NCBI GenBank assembly: GCA_018398765.1
Contig: JAHBMJ010000266.1
Span: forward strand, 1-64,000
DNA length: 64,000 bases
Direction: 5' to 3'
Origin: Chromera velia
Lineage: Eukaryota
Below, piece by piece: positions 24,376 through 37,240 of this stretch (within the stretch, counting starts at the first letter, position 1; each line of letters starts with the position of its first letter). The notes under the pieces are model-generated. The model saw only the letters and a program-made list of their open reading frames with translations. It was not told the DNA's origin and did no database searches. Position numbers and translations under genes: made by a program.

Positions 24376-26960
24376 TGTTTGTTTTTTTGTCAGAACAATC
24401 CTGTGGGCGCGCCTATGTATGTGTAGATGTACGTTTTTGCCGGCCGAAATTTCGTTTTCTCTATCAATCTACTTGCCTCCCCCATCGTGCGATCCCCTCA
24501 CTTTTTATGCTTTTCACTTGAATTTTCTGTTACTAACTTCCTTTCTGGCTGACTTCCAGGTTGACTACAAATTTATTCACACAAGGATAGCGTGACTGTA
24601 GGACCAAAACTCATGTGTACATCTGGCCTTCCATGTTGTTTGTATGTGTAGAGTGAACCCGGACCTGTACATTCGGTGAGCATTGTAACGATCCGATGTA
24701 GACGGCTCACTATTGCCAGTCAGAGGCTCTCAGTCAAGCATACTAAGGCACAGATCTGATCACTCTTACACCTTCAGGATGGGCTTGTGGGGGCCTGTAT
24801 TTCATGTGTGAGATGGAGGAATGTGGCGGCTGATCCCATGGAGACGGCATTCATACATATATGCGGAAACGATATAGAGACGTGACAAAACGATTCAACA
24901 TAGACGGTTGGATAAACTAAGCGGAAGGCCCCTGCTCAAGTATTTTGAGGGGCACATCTGGTTAGATTACTGTTTTTAGGATGGACGTGTGATAAGCAGT
25001 ATTTCAGTAGTGAGGGCAGCTTTGTGTAGTGGAGATGGCACTCGTTGGTGTGGAGACGGTGAAGTGTTATTCGAGACGAAGAGTGATACAACTTTAAAAG
25101 GAAGAATCCCAACCTTTGTACGATCTGCGGGGGGATTCCATGCTCTCAGCACTGCTTCCCCTTCATTGTCTGATCAAATGAAAAGCAGTTGAAATGAAAT
25201 GACTTGAAGTAGATTAAAAAAATGATACGCATGTACAGAAAGCGGTGTCCGTCTCCTCACTTTTCTTCCTGTCTTCTCTTCCCCATCCACTACGTCTGGC
25301 TTCTTGTGGCCACTTATGTTTTTCTTCCACCCTTCTTTCATTCAACCCTGCCTTCATGTTCTTTCCTTTCTTGCAGGCTGTTACCAGTCCATCTTCAGAT
25401 ATGATCTTCCTCACTGTCTTTCCTTGATCAGGGCGTTCTCGAACTTCCTTAGCAACAAGCATCACGCCGTCTACTCACTTAGGTGCGTCCTGTCTGCTAC
25501 TTGCTCAGGGCGTTCGACCCACTGTGCCTTGTCTTTTTAACATCGTTTTGCTTCTTCCTTCTTCTCATGTACGGACAGTTTCCTGTCTCTTTTCTCCCCA
25601 ATCGCTTGTTTATTGTTGCCTGTTTAGAAGGTGGTAGGTCCTCCGCTCACCTAGGCGCGTACCCACTGCCCTTTATATGAGTTCTGACTGAGCTACATGA
25701 CAGGAGAACAGCGTTGGCTTTTCCAATTCCTTTTCATGAATTGTGTTCTTTTTCTTCCATTTTTCTTCGCTCCTATGCGTTTTCCCTGCCCACTCCCGAT
25801 TTCTGAGGTATAGAAAGTGGAAGTCCTTCGCTCACTTAGGCGTGGTCTTGCGCTTTTGATAGAAGAAAACAGGCCTCTTTCCTTCCTTGTTCCTGATTGC
25901 TTCGAGTACGATTCCATAGATATGCATGCAGTTACTCATGCAGCCCCTTCATTCCTTTCCGTCACTTATGGCGATTTGTAGCTGCCAGTGGATTTACCAA
26001 CTTGACTGCAGAGGATAGCGAGCTGGCGTAGAGCAGACGGGCATGGGCGACAAAGGGAAATAACAGTATTTGTCCATAAAGTGAGCGAAAAGAAGAAAAA
26101 TTTAAACAATCAGAAGAGAAAAAGGGAGAAAAACATGCCTACGACCAATTAAAAGAAGGAGAAACATCAGCGACTGTAGAATGGTTAAGAAAGAGAAAGG
26201 TTTAAAGAAGAACAAGAGAGAGAGAGAGATCCATGCATGCCCCATCTGTCCCGTCATTTCTTCCCCTTTGTTGGCTGATTCGCATTCATATGCATTACCC
26301 CCTCCGTTCATACATTTCCTCATTGAACGGCATGTATACTCAAAGTATTGCTGCCCTGTCCCTTGCTTCAGTCATTCATTTGTTCGGTTACTCATGCCTC
26401 ATGTGTTCATTTATGCTTATGTATTTGAGTTTGGCGCAATTATAAAGGCACTTCCGACAAGGCGGCATAGTTCTACTCTGCTCTGCTTCACTCTGCTTGT
26501 TGCTGATAGCATGGATAGTTATGAACACGCTTGCCCACTATATCATGCATCTGGCAATAGTTAACATTACTGATGGCCGTGACAGCTGGTTTACTGCTGC
26601 TCCTTTGACTGTTCCAATCAAGAGTCAATTTACCCAGTGTATGTAAAAGAGACACGTCGGAGACTGAAAGCTCGCATGCAAAGACAGGTCACGTAGCAGT
26701 TTGATCCTATCATATGAACAAGAGAGGATACTGAAAAGAGAATGAGACAATCGAACAAAAAGAGATCAATTGCTAAAGAGAGTGAATGATGAAGAGCCTG
26801 AAAAAAAAAAAAACTACACAGTATATTCCGAATCCTTCTGCTGAGCCCCCTTCCTTTGTCATAGAAATGCCTCTTACCTCCCCCTTCCATTTTCATGTAC
26901 TACCTTGCCGCTTCGTTTGCCTTTCACACTCCCTTCCCCCGTTTTCTTTATATTGCAGAT

Positions 26961-29900
26961 TCACTGTGCCTGCTCACGTACTGGCATGTTTTCATTCCCT
27001 GTCCTATACCACTTGTGTTTATCTTCCATTCGTCTCCTGTGTTGCTGGTGGAATTGCTCGACCAGGTCAGGGCATGAGCAGTTGTTCTAATGACACTACT
27101 CTGGTTAGGCATATCTGACAAATTTGAGGAGGAACCAAGTGTTTCCTCTTCTGTCTGTCTTTTCTTTGCACACTCGCTCTACTTCGTATTCTTTCCCTTC
27201 CTCAATTTGTTCTTCTCCGACTTCTTCGCCTACCTCCAATTCAGTCTGCCTTGACGGTCTAGCTGCCATGGCCCCGTCTATAGCAGCTGGCTGTTCTTCC
27301 TCCCCCTTCTTCTTTCCTCCTTCCACTCCTCCCAGAGGGCGGGAGGAAAAGGCTGAAGAGCTAGTTGAAGCGGACGACGCAAGAAGTTCCCTTTCAAGCA
27401 CTTGTACTTGTTCCTGCCCCTGCTTTATTGCCTTCTCTGCCATTTCGTTACTCGTTTTGAGGTCCCGACTATAGTAGAGTTTCACCCGTCGTCTGCTCAC
27501 TACCTTCAGTTTCTATGCCCCTAGTCTCTTAAGCATCAGAGTCGAGTTCAATCTCACTTGCTCAATCCGGTAAGGCCCTTCCCACTTGGGTGCTAGCTTC
27601 TCGCTAACCCCCTTGTGTGAATCAATTCTTAGCCACACATACTGTTTCTCCTTCAAAGTTGTACTCAAATAGCTCATGCGGTCCTCTTTTTCCTTTTTTC
27701 TGCTGCTGCCTCTGCAGGATCCTCCTCATCTTGGCTTCAGCCGCTTCCTGCCAGAACTGTTGCTGCAACCTAGATTCTTTTCGGACCGCCCCCAGGAGGT
27801 TGACATAATCCTCTGCCAGGACCCCGGGTTGGTTCTCACTCAGGTCAGTCAATAGGCGGGTGGGTTTGTTCGGGGAATGACCAAAAAGACAGAAGAAAGG
27901 GGACATTCCGAGACCCTCATACGTTTGTGTGTTAAAAATGTATTGGGTAAAAGGACAGTATAACGGCCAGTCCTGCTGGTGTTTCTGGATGTAGGCTGAT
28001 AGAATTTCTTTCAGCCGTCTGTGGAACCGTTCAAGCCGGGCATTCGTTTGGGGGTTGTATGCAGTGGAGACTATACGGCGGGTGTTGCACAAATCACAGA
28101 TTGCCTGAATGATTGGATCAAGGAAGTTGCTTCTCTGGTTACTCAACAATTCTAAAGGTGCTCCCCACCTTAAAATAATTCTCTCAACAAGAGCTCTGGA
28201 AACCGTTGGGGCCTTTGCATCTGTGAGTACTACTATTTCCGTCCATCGACTTATGCAGTCCATCACAGTGAGGATCCACTTAAACCGTCTGCTCTCTATC
28301 TCATTGGACAAAACAAGTGGCCCCATCAGATCGACTGCAAACCTCTAGAGCGGTTCGGTGAGTGGTTTTTGGATCACAAATGTGTCTCTGTCTGCTTTTC
28401 GCTTCCTCTCTTGGCATGTCTTGCAGGTTTTTACGAACCTTTTTATGTCAGCAAACATGTTCTTCCAGTAAAGGTCAGCCGTAAGGTTTCTGATCATCTT
28501 CTGTATCCCTGCATGCCCAGCAACCAGGCAGGTATGGTAGTTGCTGAGTGCCTCTTCCTGCAGTGTTTTTGGTACGATGGGCAAGAATCGAGTCCCTCTC
28601 TTGTGCTCTGATGCTGGGGGCAGCATTCGCAGAAGGAGGCCTCTGTCCAGCGTATACATGCTGGACTGTACACGCAGTTGAAAGTCTACTACCCGATCCC
28701 CTCCCTCTTCCTTTCTTTTTTCAGCTAGGCACTTAATAATCGGTTTTAGTGCTGGGTCTTTTCCTTGCTGCTCTACAAATTCTTTCCCTTCTCAAACATT
28801 GCAGAGGGTCTGTTCAGCAGGGAGGGCGGTGATGGGGGCGACTACGATTTCATTTTTAGTATCGGAATCGGGGCAGACAGGAGGCCACCCTTCATGTACA
28901 AACGGTTTTCTGGTCACTCCGTCTACATCCAGGTGACTTCTTCCGGGGCGGTGCTCGACTATATAGTTGTACATGCTCAGCTTCAAACTCCACCTATGCA
29001 GCCAGGCATTAGTATCCTTGAAGGAGTCTAGGTAGACAAGGGCTTTGTGGTCTGTAACCATTTTGAACAAAGCCCTATACAGATACTTTCGGTAGTGATG
29101 CACCCCCCAAATAACAGTATACGCTTCAATCTCTGAGATGGACCATCGAGCTTTAACGGTCACCGTGGTCAATCGGCGGCTCACATATAAAATTACCCTT
29201 GCCTTCCCTTCCCTGTTTTCCTGTAGTAGAATGGCTGCTACTGCAGTCAAATTTACATCTGTGTGGAGGATAAATGGTTTTGTGAAGTCGGGATAGACAA
29301 GAACATCTGCGGAGGTCAGTGCTTGTTTGAGTGTTGTGAATGCTTCCTCTTGCGGTGCCTGCTACATGAAGGGGGTTCCCTTCCGTATCAAGTCTAGCAG
29401 CGGGGCAGCTGTGCCGCTGAAGTTTAGGATAAAGCACCGATAGTATCTACACACATCCATGAAGCTTTTTACCTCCTTTGCATTTCTAGGAGCCCTTACT
29501 TCTGTGATGGCTTTGACTTTGTCTTCACAAGGACGCAGGCCATCCGGAGAGACCTGAAATCTGAGATACCGGATTGATGACTGGCCAAATCGGCATTTTT
29601 TAAACGCCAGTCTGGCGTTCGCCCCACTCAGTCTCTCTAACACTTTCCTCAAGTTGGCTAAGTGCTCTGGCCAGCTCTTGCTACTGCACAAGATGTCATT
29701 AACATATATGTATGCGCAGGGAAGGTCGCCAACAAGGCGGTCAATGGTCCTTTGGAACTCTGGGGGGCTGATGGAGAGACCCATGGGGAGTCTCTTATAT
29801 TAGAACTGTCCCCACTTCGTGCAGAAGGCAAGTTTTGGTCAGTCTCGAATGCACACTACTAACTGAAAGAAAGTGGACAGAAGGTCTAGAAACGAGAAAA

Positions 29901-31254
29901 TCTTTTTGTCTTTTAGGGAAGCCAGTATTTTCTTGATGTCTCCTAAAGGCCAGTGGTCTTGTGCTATGACTTTGTTGAGGGCTCGAAAATCTGTTGTCAG
30001 CCTGAGCTTCCCGGAAGACTTCTGCACAAGGCAGACGGGTGCCCCCGAGGGGGAGCGAGCAGGCTCAATAATGTCTTGCTTGATGAGCTGATCTATAAAC
30101 TCCTCTGCTTCCCCCTCTAACGCATATGGGATTGGCCGTGGCCAAACATAAACTAGAACATAAATCGGCTTTGCGTCTCCCGTGTTGATCTATATTTCGG
30201 GCCCTCTAATTTTTCTGATATCTGTGGGTGTAGGGGCGAGGCAAGTGAATTCTTGCAAGAAGTCCCACAACTCGACCTTTTGCTCTGGCGTGAGGTCTTC
30301 ACTCTTCCACAGGGCCTCTTCAATGCTCTTGATGGCTTGAAGTTCTTCTGTTTGTGCAGATGTAGTTAGCTGTGAGGGAGCTGGGTTCATTCTATCAGGG
30401 TCTTCATCTACTTCTGTGACTAAGGCGGATATGCCAGGAAGGTCATGTTACACACTTCTGGGCTCTTTAAGGCTATCGGAACGAGATCGTTTTAAGGGTC
30501 TTGCCTCAAAAGGCTCTACCCTTATTCGTTTTTCTCCTTCTGAATCTGGTAAGGATGCACAACAACAGCCACAAGCATGAAAGGTTTTACCATGCATTTA
30601 TATGCAGAGCAGTTGCAGAACGCCACTCGAACAGAGCGATTCATAATTTGCGACACGGCTTCATGCACTTCCACTCCTGCAGGTAGCTGTTCCCCCTGAG
30701 AGCTTGTCAATGGAGACACGTACACTGTGGTCCCATCAGGCATTGGAGTGCCTTCTGGGATTCTAACATCCAGGTAAGAAAGAGAATGGGAAGGGAGTTT
30801 TTCTGGAAAAGAGAGAGATGGAGAAGGGAAGAAAGCCTTTTTCCTTTTCCAGCACAGTCATTGGGGTCAAAGAGACAGGAAGAGGGGGAAGCGAGCCTGG
30901 CATAATCCCTAATTCCTTGAAATACAAGCAGTCTGGTTTAAACCCCACTCTTTCTGTGTGAGAACGATAAAAATCAATGCCCAAAATGCAAGTATGTCTG
31001 GTATTCCTTGTCACGTAGAATGTCTGCTTTCTTGCTTTATCCATGAAGACATGCAAAGTGATCATTCCAACATTCTCTAGGGATTCCCCTTCTTTTCCTT
31101 TCAGCCTCATTGGCGATGGGTAGGTGCGATAGGATCCCCCATGCGTTGCATTCAGTCTCTTCAGGACCTCCTCCCCCATAGTTAAAACATCACTGCCGGT
31201 ATCGATCAATGCAGAGATCACGAACGTCTTTTCCAGGTCAATACACATACCCAT
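26961..31254 (-). pseudogene. pol: Pol of element C (PR, RT, RNase H, integrase, GPY, chromodomain), disrupted
   Basis: ALIDTGSD; YVND (from YVDD); TDHKAL; H-H-CKTC; SNQRSNF (from SDQGSNF); WEGPY; chromodomain EYEVERVCKEK...FLLKFVRYA*PE*CH*NNCSCPDLVEQF. Confidence 0.92.
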
Positions 31255-31360
31255 CCTGGTGACTGTGGGTTAGAGATTGATGTGAGCAACCAGGGCTTCT
31301 CCCCCTGGCTTAGTTGGGGCTGACAGAGGTGCCCGACTCTGCCCTTTCAAGGCAGGCGCA

Positions 31361-34300
31361 TCAGTGTTTTTGCTCTGGTGTCGCTTCTGCTGCTGGGGCC
31401 ATCCCTAGAGGTGGTAGGGCCTGTATAGCAGGCCTGTCAGTAACCATTGGAGGGGGCAGCGGTACAGAGTTCCCCACCGCTCCCTTTGGTTGGAATGCCT
31501 GCTGAGGAAGACTTCCTTGGGGAGGTGGGGGAGGCCGCCAAGGCCCCGGCCTGAAACGTTGGTTGGGAGGACCATCTTGGAGAGCAAATCTCCCTATTGG
31601 GGGCCCCTCTCAGGGTCGCTTTCTATTTGGTCCGTTACTAAGCCTTGGTTGGGGAAAACCAAAGGCCCTCTATCGAGGGTCTGGGAAGTCCCGTCTGGGG
31701 GGTAGGGCTCTAAACGCCGGGGGTCTCCAACCAGGTACAGCCCCATCCCTCCCGGGGCCATAAGGGCCCGGCCTTATGTGGGAAGGTCTTCCATCAATTC
31801 GACTCAACGGCAGCCGGGAGGGACAGGCTACTTTGATATGTCCGGCTTGCTTACAAAAATTGTAAATTATTGAAGCTAGAATAGGGCAGCCATCTGCAGT
31901 GTGGGCATGGGTTCCTGTACACCGGTTGTACCGGGTCTGTTCGGAGATTGTCAGAGCTGTGCTGCTCATCCTCCGAACCATTTCTTCTGTCACGGGCGGT
32001 ACTGACGATGCCTGTGTAGCATTCCTGTTTAGTGGGGAGCCCTCCTCCTCCCCTTCTATCGCTGCAATGCTGAGCCTCTTCACAGGTCTGTCACCCTCCC
32101 CAATCGCCAGAGCCTCGCGATTCTTCCGTTTTTTAACCACATCCTCCGACTTCCTCAAGTTCACTTGCAGCTCTTCAAATGTTTCATACGTGCGACTTTC
32201 CATTTGAATGTGAATCTGGTCATCTTCTATGCCTTCAATGAAGGCGGCTAAGGCGGTGGGGTCGTCCGTGCTCTGATTCGCAGCAGAACACTGCTCCTCA
32301 AAGCGGGTAACGTATTCAGAGGAAGCCTTTCCAAAATTTTGGGTCATCTAAAGGAGGGTTCTCTTTTTCCGTTCTGCTTCCCGCTCATCAATACCATATC
32401 TAGCTAAGAACATCTCTTTAAGCTGCGTGTAAGTCGTGCACCCCTCCAACCGCTCAGGTGGCTGCATTTCATACCACTGCTTTGCAGGCCCGGCGAGGGC
32501 TGTCAGAAAATAAATATCCCTAAGTTTCTTGACGGTCCACCCCAACCTGTTGTTCAACCTCTTCAACGAGTTTCAAAAGCTTTTCGCTTTCATTCGGTTT
32601 CCATCAAAGGACAGTAAGTCCATGCAAACTCGTGGGAGGTCAATCGGTGGGGGTAAAGAAGCAGCATTCATGCTTGACACTTTCGCTGACCCTGTTTTAT
32701 TCCTATTGGATCCTACCTGATGGAGCAACAGCTTTCCTGAGGGTGCCCTGATTACAACAAACCCCATGTCCTGTAATTCGAATAGTACTGCCGGGGAAAC
32801 AGACTCTGATTAAATCTCCTCCCCATCTTTTTCCGTGCTCTTCATCGTTTTTGTGGCTTCTCCTCGCCTTCCGTCTCTATTGTTCCTGTCTTCTCCTCCT
32901 TCTGCTGGTTGCAACAGTTCGGTTCCTCCCCCTTCTTCTTCCTGTTTGGCTAGCTCTACTTGGGATTCTTTGGGTTTAGGTTTTTCGTGTCCCTTTTTCC
33001 CCCCTTTATCTTTCTCCGATCCTCCCTTCCCGAGCCCTTTCTGGAGAAAGATCTGTTGCAAACCTGATTGGAGGCCTTTCGTTTTTTGCTTCCCTTTCTC
33101 CTGAACCTGCTCTCCTCCTTTTATCATGGACCTAGTCTTTGGGGGGATGATGGGTCGTCATACGTGGTCGGATTTTCCCCCTTTTTTTTAGTGGTCCTTC
33201 AGGAAAGGCGGCGGCAGCAAAGGCTGCTGACCTGCTGGGGAATGGTGCGAACCTCAGAGGGCTCCTAGAATGTTCTCTTTGTCATTTGGTGGTTCCAGAC
33301 TTGGGTCCCACCACTGGGCTAGGTTCGGTTTGTCTTCTGGTGGTTGCAGACTTGGGTCCCATCACTGGGCTAGGTTCGGATACGGTTGGAGAGCCCTCGT
33401 GGGCTGGGAAAGGGGCCGCGGCAAGGGAGCTACGGCACCTGCAAAGGGTGCTGGGTTCCAGGCCTGGGAAGCCTGTACGTGAGCAGCCTCCCACTCGGTA
33501 TGTCTGGCGATGAGGGTGATGGCTTCTATGAGGGCTGTCCAGACCTCTTGTTTGATCGTCCCCGCCAGGGTTTCCGCTAATGCACGATGAATGTCTGCTG
33601 AGTTTCTGAGGGTTTCTTATACCCCCTCTCTGACAAGAGCTTGTAAAACACCCTGGGGAGCAAAGTCAAAGGCCGTTGAGAAGGGAAGGCTACCTGCGTA
33701 GAGTTGGGGGACCGGGCTCTGTGGCCGGTGGTCACTGAAAGTTGCTAGTAGATCCAGGCCCGAGCCTAAAGGAACGTCCAACGGGATTGTCATTTCTGGG
33801 TAAGTGGGGAACGCAAAGCTCCGCTCCACTGAGGCGGTTTCTTGATGGGTGGCTAAGGAAAAATCGAGGTTGCTAGGTGGGGGTGGAGCCCGGGAAGAGT
33901 CGAGTGGGGTGGTCGTTTTGTTGACAATTTGCAGTTCAGGAGTGGGTTTCACTTAGGGCTTCCTTGTGGTCACCGCTCAAACTGTGTCTCTACGATAGTC
34001 TCGTATACAGTACGTATATGTGAAGGGAGTAATCTGATCGGGTTTGTGCCCAGGCAGACTTAGGCTTACTATGGGCTTTGATGCTATTGTTCCTTATGGC
34101 AACAGATCTTAAACTGTTAAGTTTTTCTGCATTCTTGTAGTGAGAAGTCGTCTCCAAGCCTGCGAAAGGTGACAGAGGTGAAGCGGATGGAGATCTTTCA
34201 GGGAGGTCCTTCTTTGGGTTCTTCCTACGGAAGGTGGGGAGAAGGGGGGGAAGGGGGTATCTATACGGATAGAAAGACAAGCTTCTATGCCAACGAGTTC

Positions 34301-35200
34301 TTTTGCTGAAAACAACTGTAGGAGACCTCTTTTTCTTGCCTTCTAATAGCTCACTAAGGGCCGTGTGTCGGGTGATTAGCAACGTATGGTCTGATGAGAT
34401 AATTTTTTTTTCTGTCGTACTGCAGGGTATGCAACGAGTGGCTGTACAAAACAAACACCTGATCTTTTAGTGTCGGTCAGGCGGGAATCCTCTTCCTCTT
34501 GAAGGGTCCCAGTATTCTGTATGCTGAATGACTGGCCTGCAGTTGTGTGAGCCGTCACTTACAAGGAGAGTGCTGCGGGGAGAGTATATGATAATATTTG
34601 GGCCAGGCTGGTTCGGTATGTTTCTGCTCAGGTCTGATGCATCGGAGGGGCGTGAATGGGAAGGAAGACGGCGGCTGGGCGGTCGATCGGTTTAGGCTTT
34701 GGGCGGAAGGTACAGCTCAGTGGGTAGTAATGGTGTGTTTGCCAGTGCGAAACGACGGAGTGGATTGGCTACGGGTGTGGGGCAGTAGAGGGAGGTGTTC
34801 TCTTTTCTGGAGTCTTCTGAATGAAAACTTCTCTGCTGTTCACGCGCGATTCTAGTTTATAGGTTTTGTCCTAAGGAGAGTGGTAAGAGAGGTGGTCAGA
34901 TGTTTCGTGTACGACGGTGCTGGGAGGAATCTTCAGATAGAGGGCTACGGGGTCTCCTGTATGGTGATCGAGGGGCAGAATTGTTGTTTAAATTTCAGAG
35001 TCTTCAGGGTGAACAGACGGACCGTACTGGTCTTGACTGTGACTCTGGGCCTCTTTGGTAACTGGAACCAACTGTGAGGAGTCACTTACGGAGAGTGACT
35101 GCAATGAGCGTTGTCCCCACACAAATGTAGCTTCAAGGTCCTCTTGAGTCGGGTACGGTACCCTTTGATACAGGAAATACGGAGGTTGGGAGTCCGACAT
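31361..35200 (-). pseudogene. gag: Very long Gag (~1280 codons) of element C with about 20 in-frame stops
   Basis: Track ORFs starting at 34988, 34376, 34109, 33617, 32810, 32573, 32348 and 31670 all share one frame. Capsid-like region at ~32100-32700 and zinc knuckles at ~31820-31930. Confidence 0.8.
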
Positions 35201-36516
35201 TTTGGCAACGGGGTCGTTGACCCAGCAACTGACAGCGGAAGGTTTTTTCAGTCTCGACTGAGATTGCTTCTGTGCGTCAAGGGAAAAGCGTTCCTTATCT
35301 CTCTGTCAGAGAACTAAGCAGTGCTTCGCGATTTCTTTTGATCACGAAGCAATTCTTGGCAGAGACAAGAAGAGATGCGTCTGTCTAAAAATTGGGCAGC
35401 GCTTCACGGTGCCCTCTGGTTTGGAAAGAATTCTTGGCAGAGACAAGAAGAGACATATCTGTCCTAAAAACGGACAGCACTCCGCGGTTTGCTCTATTGT
35501 CCTATAGGTTTTCCTTCAAGACAAGATTCGGTCTTCTTCAGCTCGAAGGTCTCCTTAGCGGAGGTGAAGGCTGAGATAAAGGCTATGGAGGGTACTAGAA
35601 GCTGGTGGAAAAGAGTGCCGACGTGGATGGAGATCGAAAAAGAGGGACTGCAGTTGCTTCCGTCTAGAAGAATTCTTCATAGAGACGTGAAAGACAGAAG
35701 GCTGCTTGTTGTTGAAATAGCAGGAGCTCTAAGCTGGCAAGTCACCACGTATAGCGGACTACTTGTCTGACTCCTTAGGCTAGAGATTTGTTCCTTGGTG
35801 GAGTTTAGCAAGCGAAAAGTCTGTTCAAGGTTCGAGTCACTGTGTAAAAATCTTAAAGTCCGGATGAAGGTTTCTCGTTCACTCTCTAGCTCTCTTTTGA
35901 TTCATTTTCTTAACACTTTTTGAACAGGTGGAAAACGCCGAAAGTCAACATTTGCTGTTTTAGAGAGCAATTTCTGGTTCAATCTTGACATACGTATTTA
36001 CATACATACATGTTGGTCTTTTGCGCGTGCGTTTTTCGTTCTGTATCTGACCTACAAGTTGGTATTTAAGGATGTGTGTCTTAAGGTATTTAATTTTCCC
36101 CATGTTTTTTCTGTTTTGTATTTGTTTTGCAGGCCTGTATTTACATACGTCTGTAAGTCCAAATCTTGCTGCACGACACCAAAAAATCCTTTTTTTTTCT
36201 TGACGTGGCCACTTTGTTTTCAGACATGCAGAATATGTGTAAGTTCGGGAGAATATATGTACATACGTCTCTAAATACATGCAACTTCTTGTTTGTCTCT
36301 AATGAACCAAGTTTACTTTTACTTCCAAACATGTATGATAGTATAAAATATTAATCCTGGTGTAAAAGTGTTCTTAATATTTCTTAACGTGATATATAAG
36401 TGTGGCTTGGTATGTACGTTCGTATGTGGCTTGGTATGTAGGTTGGTATATATGTGTCAGTCTATCTACCTTATATGTTTCATTGCAATACTTACCTTAA
36501 TTATTTCCTTTCTTTC

Positions 36517-36568
<52 letters not shown>

Positions 36569-37240
36569 CTTAAAGCCTCTTAAAAATTATATGCCATTTC
36601 TTCTTTTCTTTTTTCTATTCTAGTTTCTTCTCATTTATTGTCATTGCAAATTAGTCAACGCTAATTAATTATTTCAAATTTAATTATTTATGCTTCCCTG
36701 ATATTACAAATTATTGATGTAGGAGACCGTAACACAGGTGCCCCCCGTGGTCTACTCTAGTATCTACTAGACAGTGCCTAGAATTAGGCCTAGAAAAGGT
36801 TTAATTTAATATATAAAAAGACGTTTAGAGCTGGACGTTCATGTACAAAAAGTATAAAAACTTTGATTTTTTAAATAAAAAAACTGAAATACATCGATTT
36901 ACACTAGGATTTACATGCATTCTTTCTTTGTTTTTTTTTTCTTTCAGCTGCCTGCAACACTTGCCGCAGTGTGCAAATATGTGCAATACCCATGCAACAC
37001 GGGAAAAAAAAAAGATTTAAAAATTGTATACATTGAGTTATATACAGCTAGCTCTAAAGCTAGCTGTGGATATAGATATAACAATGGCGCGTCATAGTCA
37101 TACTATGACTCATACATACATATACACATTTTTTAAATGCCGCAGTGAGTTTTTCTTTCTATGACTGGAAGTGCATGTTTGCCAGCAAATGGCAGCAGTT
37201 CTTGAAATCAGGAATGTCAAACATCTCAGAGTGCAGCCAT

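Larger units (their letters stand above)
18332..36734 (-). mobile_element. Giant 18.4-kb Ty3/gypsy LTR retrotransposon with chromodomain (element C), degenerate
   Basis: ~990-bp LTRs at 18332-19324 and 35750-36734 (TA[TG]...CA). Probable 4-bp TSD caga/cagg. PBS TGGTGACTTGCCAGC 2 nt from the 5' LTR. PPT AAGAAGGGAGAATG. Order gag-PR-RT-RH-IN-chromo. Confidence 0.92.
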
